The notes under the pieces were generated by a model, which was given only the letters and a program-made list of their open reading frames with translations, made no database searches and was not told the DNA's origin. 64,000 nucleotides of DNA from the NCBI GenBank assembly GCA_902614065.1, contig CACMJT010000005.1:37528-101527 (forward strand), given 5' to 3'. The translations under genes were made by a program, and so were the position numbers. Shown here piece after piece: positions 49,107-56,450 of this stretch. Position 1 is the stretch's first letter. Each line of letters begins with the position of its first letter. The DNA comes from an uncultured Bacteroidota bacterium. Its GTDB lineage: Bacteria > Bacteroidota > Bacteroidia > Flavobacteriales > Flavobacteriaceae.

Positions 49107-49182
49107 TTTATTGACATTTTCATTTTAACTTATTTTCTTAAATTAAAATAGGTTTATTAAAATAATGGCGGATTGTATAGGC

Positions 49183-49821
49183 TCAGATAATATAAATTAA
49201 TACCATAAAGTAGTGTAAAACTGAACCCGCTAATACAAATAAATGCCATATAGAATGGAAATATTTTATCTTATCAAAAGCGTAGAATATAATACCAAAA
49301 GTGTAAGAAAATCCACCCAGTATTAACAACAATTTAGCATTAAAATTGATCAAATTAAACAGAGAGTTAATATCAAAAACTATTAACCATCCCATTGCTA
49401 AGTAAAAAAAGAGAGAGATAAATTCATACTTAGTCGCGAAGAATAACTTTTTTAAAGTTCCAACTATTGACAACGTTAATACAGCAATAAAAATATTTAT
49501 ACCTGAGTAGTCATAAAGTGTTATAAAACATACAGGGGCGTAGGATCCTAAAATAAGATAGAATATGCTTATGTGGTCCAGGACTTGAAGTCGCTTTTTT
49601 ACTTTTGTATTTATAACATAATGATAGGCAGATGAGGATGAATATACAAGCAATAAACCCAAAGAGAATAATATAACTGAGATAGTACTAAGGGTAGTAA
49701 TATCGCTGTTAAAATAGAATAAAAAAGGAATACCTATTATCGACATTATAACACCAAGTAGGTGCGTTAAAACATTCCAAAACTCTTCATTTCTATAATC
49801 TCTTAGACTAATAACTTGCAT
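49183..49821 (-). CDS. hemolysin III / PAQR family membrane protein
   Basis: Seven TM helices with PAQR motifs 'EFWNVLTH','SSSAYH','DHISIF','HSIWHLFV'. Confidence 0.85.
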   Translation of the reverse strand: MQVISLRDYRNEEFWNVLTHLLGVIMSIIGIPFLFYFNSDITTLSTISVILFSLGLLLVYSSSSAYHYVINTKVKKRLQVLDHISIFYLILGSYAPVCFITLYDYSGINIFIAVLTLSIVGTLKKLFFATKYEFISLFFYLAMGWLIVFDINSLFNLINFNAKLLLILGGFSYTFGIIFYAFDKIKYFHSIWHLFVLAGSVLHYFMVLIYII

Positions 49822-49839
49822 GACTTATTTCTACACTTG

Positions 49840-49913
49840 TGGAGAAGATGGGACTCGAACCCACGACCTCTTGACTGCCAGTCAAGCGCTCTAGCCAGCT
49901 GAGCTACATCCCC
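49840..49913 (-). tRNA. tRNA-Ala (anticodon GGC)
   Basis: 74-nt cloverleaf folded by hand: GGGGATG acceptor with G3:U70, D-arm GCTC/GAGC, anticodon loop CTGGCAG, T-loop TTCGAGT, discriminator A; one U:U mismatch at 6:67; no encoded CCA. Confidence 0.9.
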
Positions 49914-49923
49914 ATTAATTCTA

Positions 49924-50607
49924 TTAATTGAAAAACGTAATCAATTGCTTTAAATCTTCTTCTTTTTTTAAATTGATTTTATTTTCCTTTCTGAACTTTG
50001 TATAGTCCTTTTCATTAAATACTTTTAATCCGATCATTTTTTTATGGTTTTTAGGAACTTCAAAGTATTTATTCTTGAAATAAATAATATAAGCAGATTG
50101 ATCAACCCATTCTGGATCAGCAGTTTTTCCATATCCTGAATTAGCTGCGCTTCCTGTTACTTCGATGGGTTTTTTCAAATCTTTATTGTAAAACTCATAA
50201 AGACTAATATTTTCAAGTTTTAAACACTCTCTAAGAATCACAAAATTATTTGTCTCGATCAAATCCAATTCGTGAAAGCTATACTTTTTTCCACCAATTA
50301 TTAATTCAAAGGTATTATCAATACTTATTTCGAATATTTTTCCATCATTATTTTTTGTTTGGATTTTATGGGTATATAAATCCATCCTAAAATCTCCAAC
50401 AATGTTTTTTCCAGATTCAAATACTATTTTACCCGTAACAAATTCTTCAAAAATAAAAGGAGTTCCTTTAATGTTGATATCATAAAATGAAAGTTTTTGA
50501 ATCAATTGGAAATTCCCAGAGTTATGAAAGGAAATTAAATCTTGAGAATAATTAGTTAACGTAAATAAATAAAAAAATAAAATAATTTGGTTACATAAAT
50601 GCCTCAC
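49924..50607 (-). CDS. secreted hypothetical protein
   Basis: GTG start; signal-like 'IILFFYLFTLTNYSQ'; no motif recognised. Confidence 0.45.
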   Translation of the reverse strand: MRHLCNQIILFFYLFTLTNYSQDLISFHNSGNFQLIQKLSFYDINIKGTPFIFEEFVTGKIVFESGKNIVGDFRMDLYTHKIQTKNNDGKIFEISIDNTFELIIGGKKYSFHELDLIETNNFVILRECLKLENISLYEFYNKDLKKPIEVTGSAANSGYGKTADPEWVDQSAYIIYFKNKYFEVPKNHKKMIGLKVFNEKDYTKFRKENKINLKKEEDLKQLITFFN

Positions 50608-50623
50608 GATTTATTAAAGATAT

Positions 50624-51619
50624 TTATTTTTTCCAAGATAATAACCACTCTATTTTTTCCTTATCTCTATAAATTAGATGCCATCCGCTATGATTCCAAT
50701 TTTTAACATCCAAAACAATATTTTCATTAGTTTCTGAAAGCTTACTGTACATTTTTTTTGCTAATGAAAATGATGATGTCGCGTCATTAGTACTGTGGTG
50801 CATAAATGTTGGGATATGATCAACTTTATCAGCAAGTGGTAAATAAGAATATGGTCTGTGATGTGGGCTTAATGGCATTATAGCAGCAAATAGATTTGGC
50901 AATCTAGAAGCAACTATGAATGTACCTCTTCCTCCCATACTTAAGCCAGTCAAATAAATGCGATTAGTATTAATTTTAATGTTTCCTTTTATATCTTCAA
51001 CTAAATCCTTAATTTTTTTTGGACTCCAGTCGATACCCAACTTTGTAGGGGCTGCAATTATATATTCATCATTTTCAGACATATAGAAATTATTCAAACT
51101 CCATTTTCTGCCCGTTAATGAGTTTGCAGACTCTTGAACACTCCCATGTAAATAAACTACTAGTGGATATTTTTTGTTTTCATCAAAATTTTTAGGTAAC
51201 CTCAATGTATATGAATATCCACATTTCCATCTAAGTTCATCATTTACACATTTCTTAAAATTATGATTTGGTTTTTTGTAGTTGTTCTTCCAATCCGTGG
51301 TTAAAGACCATGGGTCTGAATTTTCATTTGTCCACCAATCTGTGTTGTATATGTTTGATATTTTCCAAAGAGGCCAATATATATCTTCACCTTCATAATA
51401 AATATTGGTCAGGCTATTTATTCTAATTAGACCATCTTTTTTTAATTCAGGCCATTTACTTTTTGATTTTGTTATTTCTAAACCTGGATTTGCAATGATT
51501 TCACAAGGTGGACAATCAACCTGGCCGAAAGAGCTATTATATATTAGAATTAGTAAAAGTAATTTTTTGAAAAAAGTATTCACATTGTATAATTTCAATT
51601 TGTAATTTAACCAAATCAA
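50624..51619 (-). CDS. secreted alpha/beta hydrolase (esterase/peptidase S9-like) with a novel N-terminal extension
   Basis: Nucleophile elbow 'GLSMGGRG', preceding 'YPLVVYLHG', candidate Asp 'STNDAT' and His 'WNHSGW'; TTG start, exact start uncertain. Confidence 0.65.
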   Translation of the reverse strand: MIWLNYKLKLYNVNTFFKKLLLLILIYNSSFGQVDCPPCEIIANPGLEITKSKSKWPELKKDGLIRINSLTNIYYEGEDIYWPLWKISNIYNTDWWTNENSDPWSLTTDWKNNYKKPNHNFKKCVNDELRWKCGYSYTLRLPKNFDENKKYPLVVYLHGSVQESANSLTGRKWSLNNFYMSENDEYIIAAPTKLGIDWSPKKIKDLVEDIKGNIKINTNRIYLTGLSMGGRGTFIVASRLPNLFAAIMPLSPHHRPYSYLPLADKVDHIPTFMHHSTNDATSSFSLAKKMYSKLSETNENIVLDVKNWNHSGWHLIYRDKEKIEWLLSWKK

Positions 51620-51788
51620 GTGAATTTTTTTGACAAATATTTTTTTGGATACCTTCCACAGAAAGCTGGTAACACAATTCGAATTATTTGTGGGATTATT
51701 CTTTTAATTCTAATCCTTGAGATAACTATAACTTTTTTTATTACCATATTCCTAATTGGTTTAGTATCAAGATTGTTGATGACTTTTT

Positions 51789-52568
51789 TTAAATAAATTT
51801 ATTTCTTGCTGCCTTAATTAAGAATTTTGTTTCATTTTCGAGCAAAGGTATTTTTAGGTAGAAATAAGTATGAAAGTGGGGGTGTAAAATTAGAAGATTC
51901 ATGGAGCTAATTTTTTTTCCATAATTAGTCTCAAGAATGTATTTATACAGGTTTAGCTGTAGCGAATATCGATTGTAGCTATTATCAGCAATATGAGACA
52001 ACTCATCAAAGCCATAGTCGAAATCACTTTCAATCAAATGGCCAGCTCCATTTACTATTTTAGTACTTCTTTTCCAATCAAATAAAAAAAGTTCTCCATT
52101 ATCTTTTTCATATACCATGTCAATAGATCCAGCTATTGAAAGACTATCATCAAATATTCTCCATTCTGATTTATAAGGTTTTAAATTGGGGTATTTACTT
52201 ATAAATTGCTTAAAATAAGTAAACTCTGGCGCATCTATTATGTCTTCAACATTATTATAAAAGTTTTCAATTTTTTCGTGGAGAATTGTGCCTTTTTCAG
52301 CAGCATCTTTTCTATTATTTTCCCATTCTAATAAAATTTCTTTTTTTACTTCGGATATGTTTTCCTGAGTTAACTTTCCATCTTCCATTTGAATTCTTTC
52401 TCTTGCTTTTTTATTCGACCAATACTCTGCATCAAATTTTGGAAAAAATTTTTCTATCAGTCCTGTCACGGAATACTTAATGCTTTTTCCATCAACAAAG
52501 TACTCATGCTTTTGAGAATCAAAAGTTATGCGTGTATCGTTTACATGTTTGTTTTTTAAATTGAGCAA
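51789..52568 (-). CDS. PD-(D/E)XK (RecB/Cas4/MGME1-like) nuclease family protein
   Basis: Motifs 'GTILHEKIE', 'GSIDMVY', 'LFDWKRS' (D..D/ExK) and 'YSLQLNLY' (QxxxY); TTG start, no ATG nearby. Confidence 0.65.
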   Translation of the reverse strand: MLNLKNKHVNDTRITFDSQKHEYFVDGKSIKYSVTGLIEKFFPKFDAEYWSNKKARERIQMEDGKLTQENISEVKKEILLEWENNRKDAAEKGTILHEKIENFYNNVEDIIDAPEFTYFKQFISKYPNLKPYKSEWRIFDDSLSIAGSIDMVYEKDNGELFLFDWKRSTKIVNGAGHLIESDFDYGFDELSHIADNSYNRYSLQLNLYKYILETNYGKKISSMNLLILHPHFHTYFYLKIPLLENETKFLIKAARNKFI

Positions 52569-52604
52569 AAGAAATATTTATTCATAAATTTACTCAAAGA
52601 TTTT

Positions 52605-52847
52605 ATGAAAAAAATTTTACTTCCCATTTTATTTATTTTGTTTTTTTCCTGCGATGATATAGATGAATGTGGTGATATTACTCAAAAATATACTCAAGAT
52701 GGAAAATATTATTTTGTAATAATTGTAGAAAAAAGTGGAGGGGGTGGAGATGAAAATCCAGGTGGTGGAATTGGTTATGCTGATGCAGAAGTCAACTTAG
52801 AAACTTACAACTCTTTTAATGTTGGAGATGAATTTTGTAGAAATTAA
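52605..52847 (+). CDS. small lipoprotein with Gly-rich segment
   Basis: Lipobox 'ILFFSC'; 'SGGGGDENPGGGIGY'; 80 aa. Confidence 0.45.
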   Translation: MKKILLPILFILFFSCDDIDECGDITQKYTQDGKYYFVIIVEKSGGGGDENPGGGIGYADAEVNLETYNSFNVGDEFCRN

Positions 52848-52852
52848 TTATT

Positions 52853-53500
52853 ATGAAAAAACTAGTATTATTATTTTTTCTCTGCTATTTCAATATGTAT
52901 GGCCAGAATACTATTGAAGAGGTCCGAATAGTTAAAGATGACAAACAAATAGATGACCTATTTAGCGAAATTGGCTCCAATGAATTAAAGCTGGATATCT
53001 TAGATATATTGAGTCAACCTGCATTGCAAATTACATATGAAAAAATTAACGATCCATACTCATCCTTTGGTGCTGATGTTTTTTTAAATTTTAATGATAC
53101 CAATACATCTAGAAGCTGGTCAGACAATTTTGCTTTAACCCCTTTTTACAGGTTTTACTTTTTTGATAAAAGAGATTATGGAGGGAGTGGATTTTTTGCT
53201 GAAGTATTTTCGAAGTTTAGTTTTGGCGAAAGTGAGGTTCAGTATTACTATGGCCTTAACAACCCGAATATTGAACCATACATTGAAGTTGAGGAGGAAA
53301 ATTTCTTTGATGTTGCTTTAGGAGCGGCTATAGGTCAAAAATGGGTAAATAAGAAAGGTTGGACCTTCGAGCTTTCTTTAGGCTTTGGAAGATATTTGTT
53401 TGTTAAGGATCCTGAACAATTATTAGGTGGGCCTCAAATTGATTCTTTTAGACCCACCGGAACTGGAAGAGGTGGTTTTTCAATTGGTAAAAGATTCTAG
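52853..53500 (+). CDS. outer-membrane beta-barrel protein (DUF3575-like)
   Basis: Signal peptide, alternating hydrophobic strands, aromatic C-terminus '..SIGKRF'. Confidence 0.45.
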   Translation: MKKLVLLFFLCYFNMYGQNTIEEVRIVKDDKQIDDLFSEIGSNELKLDILDILSQPALQITYEKINDPYSSFGADVFLNFNDTNTSRSWSDNFALTPFYRFYFFDKRDYGGSGFFAEVFSKFSFGESEVQYYYGLNNPNIEPYIEVEEENFFDVALGAAIGQKWVNKKGWTFELSLGFGRYLFVKDPEQLLGGPQIDSFRPTGTGRGGFSIGKRF

Positions 53501-53835
53501 TAAAGCAAATGCTTTTTTGATTTGTCTACCCAACCAGCTTGAGATTTGTAGTCAACAAAGAAAATTGTTAAATCACTATCTGATTTATAATCTGTAAAAT
53601 AAATTTTTTTGTCAGCTTGAGATTTATAATCTTCAAAGTACCAGAGACCTTCATTTCCCTTTACTTGGGATTTATAATCAACTTTATAAACGCATAAGTC
53701 TGCTTGCGACTTGTATTCCACAACAAAGATTTTTAAATCTGCTTGTGACTTGTATTTAACCGAAAAAATTTTTTGTGAAAAACTTAAATGAAGGAAAAAT
53801 AAAAAAAAGATGCATGTAAATTTTCTCATAATCAC
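53497..53835 (-). CDS. secreted protein made of six 'YKSQAD' repeats
   Basis: Signal peptide then six units (KIFSVKYKSQADL / KIFVVEYKSQADL / CVYKVDYKSQVKG.. / WYFEDYKSQADK / KIYFTDYKSDSDL / TIFFVDYKSQAGW). Confidence 0.6.
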   Translation of the reverse strand: MIMRKFTCIFFLFFLHLSFSQKIFSVKYKSQADLKIFVVEYKSQADLCVYKVDYKSQVKGNEGLWYFEDYKSQADKKIYFTDYKSDSDLTIFFVDYKSQAGWVDKSKKHLLY

Positions 53836-53857
53836 TAAATTAGAAAAAAATTAAACC

Positions 53858-54052
53858 ATGAATCATACCTATGAATGTTCAAAATGTGGAATGTCCGTAA
53901 ACGCAACTTGCGGTAAATGTGATGTTCCTTTAGTTAATGGATATCTTACAGTTGATGATGGATCGGAAGTCCAAATTTCAAGTTGTCCTGAATGTGAAGG
54001 TAAAATAAAATCTCCTCTTTGCTGTGGAGAGGATATGACCTGTATGGTCTAA
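53858..54052 (+). CDS. Cys-rich miniprotein (predicted double zinc ribbon)
   Basis: 64 aa, 9 Cys: C7xxC10, C18xxC21, C43xxC46, C55C56, C62. Confidence 0.5.
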   Translation: MNHTYECSKCGMSVNATCGKCDVPLVNGYLTVDDGSEVQISSCPECEGKIKSPLCCGEDMTCMV

Positions 54053-54969
54053 AGCTTTAAATTAAGTCCCTCCTCAGCTACATTATATCCTTTTTCTTTA
54101 ACAAATTTATATTGGTCACTTTCCTTATCGAGTAATGGGTTGGTATGATTTAGATGTATAAAAAATATTTTATTTCTTTCTTCATATTTCATCAAATCGA
54201 AAAGTTCCATACTTTCAACAACAAATGGATGGGGAATCTCAGAGAGGTCTCTGTAATTAACCTCTTTGGAGTCATAAAAAGTTGCATCAATTAATGCATA
54301 ATCAACCTTTTCAATTTCATCAGCAATAGATTTTTCCCACAAATACCATTTATCAATATCAGGAATAAAAAGAGCTGTCTTATTTGGACCGTAAATTTTA
54401 TAGCCTACAGTTTCAGAAAATTCTGCTCTGTGAGGAACTTCAATAGGCTGAACAACAACATTAGAATCAATTATAATATTTGATTTATTATTTAGCTCCG
54501 TAATTGAAATATTTTCCAGTGACACCAGCTGACTCCATGGGCCATTTTGTTCCAGAAATTTTTTCATTCTTGGCATTGCATAAACATTCATTAATTTGGA
54601 ATTCAAAGCCTCTCTTCCAAAGTACATTAAGCCGGTATAGTGCCCAATGTGAGCATGAGTTAAGAAAATTCCTTTTAAGTTTTTTTTAATTCCTTTTCCC
54701 ATAAAATTTAATTGTTCATTGATGTCGGGTGAAGCATCAAAAAGATATGATTCGTTAGTTTCATTATTAATCAATATGATTGATGTAACATATCTCTTTT
54801 GTTCATAATCTTCACAACAAATTCTGTCAGATCCTAAATGTGGTAAGCCTCCGTCTTGAACGACTCCTAAAACTTTTAAACTATATATTGAATTATCTTG
54901 ATTATATGCAATTAATGGTATAGAAAAAATAAGTAATGTGAGGAAAATTATGTTCTTCAAATCAGTCAA
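54049..54969 (-). CDS. secreted MBL-fold metallo-hydrolase (PqqB-like)
   Basis: Signal/TM anchor; 'LTHAHIGHYTGL' metallo-beta-lactamase His motif, later 'HLNHTNP'. Confidence 0.65.
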   Translation of the reverse strand: MTDLKNIIFLTLLIFSIPLIAYNQDNSIYSLKVLGVVQDGGLPHLGSDRICCEDYEQKRYVTSIILINNETNESYLFDASPDINEQLNFMGKGIKKNLKGIFLTHAHIGHYTGLMYFGREALNSKLMNVYAMPRMKKFLEQNGPWSQLVSLENISITELNNKSNIIIDSNVVVQPIEVPHRAEFSETVGYKIYGPNKTALFIPDIDKWYLWEKSIADEIEKVDYALIDATFYDSKEVNYRDLSEIPHPFVVESMELFDLMKYEERNKIFFIHLNHTNPLLDKESDQYKFVKEKGYNVAEEGLNLKL

Positions 54970-55474
54970 AAATTGCTTTTAATTCTGATGCTTCATTGGC
55001 TTTCATTTTACCAGCCAAAACAAGGCTTAGTTGTCTTCTTCTTAGTGCAGAATCATATCTGTTTTTTTCCAAATCAGTTTCAGGCTTTAAATCAGGGACT
55101 TTAACGGGTCTTCCTCTTTTATTTACTGCAACAAAAGTGTAGATTGCTTCATTAACTTTTAATTTCTTCCTGTTTTTTTTATTTTGAATCCAAACATCAA
55201 TAAAAACCTCCATTGAGGTTGAAAAAGCTCTTGATACCTTTGCTTCAATTGTCAATATACTGCCAAGCGGAACAGGTTCTCCAAAAGATACATTGTTAAT
55301 AGATGCTGTAACAACAATATTTTCAGAGTGTTTAACTGCAGAGATGCTTGCTGCCCTATCCATTCTAGCTAATAGCTCTCCACCAAAAAGATGATTTAAG
55401 GCATTGGTATCGCTTGGTAAAACTAGATCAGTCATTACAGTTTTCGATTGTTCAGGTGTTTTGAAGCTCATCAA
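54962..55474 (-). CDS. acyl-CoA thioesterase (hotdog fold, YciA-like)
   Basis: 'LVLPSDTNALNHLFGGELLARMD' motif of 4HBT/Acot-type thioesterases. Confidence 0.8.
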   Translation of the reverse strand: MMSFKTPEQSKTVMTDLVLPSDTNALNHLFGGELLARMDRAASISAVKHSENIVVTASINNVSFGEPVPLGSILTIEAKVSRAFSTSMEVFIDVWIQNKKNRKKLKVNEAIYTFVAVNKRGRPVKVPDLKPETDLEKNRYDSALRRRQLSLVLAGKMKANEASELKAIFD

Positions 55475-55482
55475 TTACGCTT

Positions 55483-56415
55483 TTATTGGTTGCTAATGGT
55501 CAAAATCCAAGCGTTCTTGTTTTCATTGTCTCTAATTGATCTTAAAGCAATGACTGCATCCTCTTTAGTGTTAAATGAACCAAAAGCAACCCTGATGAGT
55601 CCGTCCTTATTTTTTGGAAATTTTGTTGATTTATATCCCTTATTTATAAGCCCAGAAACTAGTTTATCAGCATTGAGAGATGAGCTAAATGCACCTGCAA
55701 TAATATGAAAATTTTCAGACGTTTTGCGCTCAATATTTACCGTCAATGCCGGAATTTCTCCTAAATTAAAAATTGCCTTTTCGAGCCGAGTAATTGAGTT
55801 TTCTCTTTCAATTTTATTTTGTTCAATTTCTTTTTTGAAAACTGAATCCTTATAATTTAAATTAACAAAATATGCGCCTGCCAAAAGAAAAATAAAAATT
55901 GCTGCATTTCTCAATGGAGCTGGCAAGATTAATGTTTTCTTCTGATTATTCAGAGAATTATATTTTTTCAAAGTATTTTGATTGTAAGTCAATTCACTAT
56001 TGCCAGTTGTCTGAACATTTAACGGTCTCAATCCAAAACTTTCTTTTGAAAAATTTGAGTTTTTATCTGCGGTGAAAATGAGATTTTCTGAATCATTTAA
56101 AATGAATTCTCCAATACCCTGTATGTATAGAGTATCTTGACTCAAGATTTTTTTCCATTTTATAACTTTTAAACCAATCTTTCTTAAGGCTTCATTGTAT
56201 GATATAGATTTTTTACTTGAAATGTAATTTGCTAGTAATCCATCATTTGACTTTATGATTGGATTAAATGAGATATATCTTCCGGGGGGGTAAAACTTGT
56301 TTTCAGCTTCGACATATTTTGCAGACGACTTCTTGACTATGAAGCTTCCAAAGTCAGGGATTGTAACACAATCATGTTGATATAGTAAACTCGTTATTGC
56401 TTTTGAAAGTTGCAC
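55483..56415 (-). CDS. HU-like N-domain / SPOR C-domain protein
   Basis: N-terminal 'LLYQHDCVTIPDFGSFIVKK' HU-CCDC81-like module, one TM, C-terminal SPOR 'FHIIAGAFSS..NADKLVSGLINKGY'. Confidence 0.7.
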   Translation of the reverse strand: MQLSKAITSLLYQHDCVTIPDFGSFIVKKSSAKYVEAENKFYPPGRYISFNPIIKSNDGLLANYISSKKSISYNEALRKIGLKVIKWKKILSQDTLYIQGIGEFILNDSENLIFTADKNSNFSKESFGLRPLNVQTTGNSELTYNQNTLKKYNSLNNQKKTLILPAPLRNAAIFIFLLAGAYFVNLNYKDSVFKKEIEQNKIERENSITRLEKAIFNLGEIPALTVNIERKTSENFHIIAGAFSSSLNADKLVSGLINKGYKSTKFPKNKDGLIRVAFGSFNTKEDAVIALRSIRDNENKNAWILTISNQ

Positions 56416-56450
56416 AATTAAATTTAAAATTTTTTTGGATAAATGACTAG

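Noticed and set aside
49840-49913. tRNA-Ala as an integration site of a genomic island or prophage
   Set aside because: Reading the neighbouring ~7 kb by eye, I found no integrase, no phage or conjugation genes and no direct repeat of the tRNA 3' half. An exhaustive alignment was not possible.
53520-53770. Periodic DNA repeats that might have been a small CRISPR-like or VNTR array
   Set aside because: The repeats are imperfect, contiguous without unique spacers, and in frame with a signal-peptide ORF. They encode the YKSQAD protein repeats.
53497-53835. YKSQAD repeat protein as a multi-core RiPP (graspetide-like) precursor
   Set aside because: It has a classical Sec signal peptide rather than a leader. 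No ATP-grasp, radical-SAM, protease or exporter gene is nearby. A structural repeat protein is the simpler reading.
46695-53856. Antiphage defence island
   Set aside because: The only nucleic-acid enzyme is a lone PD-(D/E)XK nuclease. I recognise no ATPase, helicase, methylase, TIR/SIR2, reverse transcriptase or cas genes. Most ORFs are secreted proteins.
54049-54969. Part of a PQQ biosynthesis operon
   Set aside because: No pqqA peptide, pqqC, pqqD or radical-SAM pqqE is nearby. The protein has an export signal, unlike cytoplasmic PqqB.
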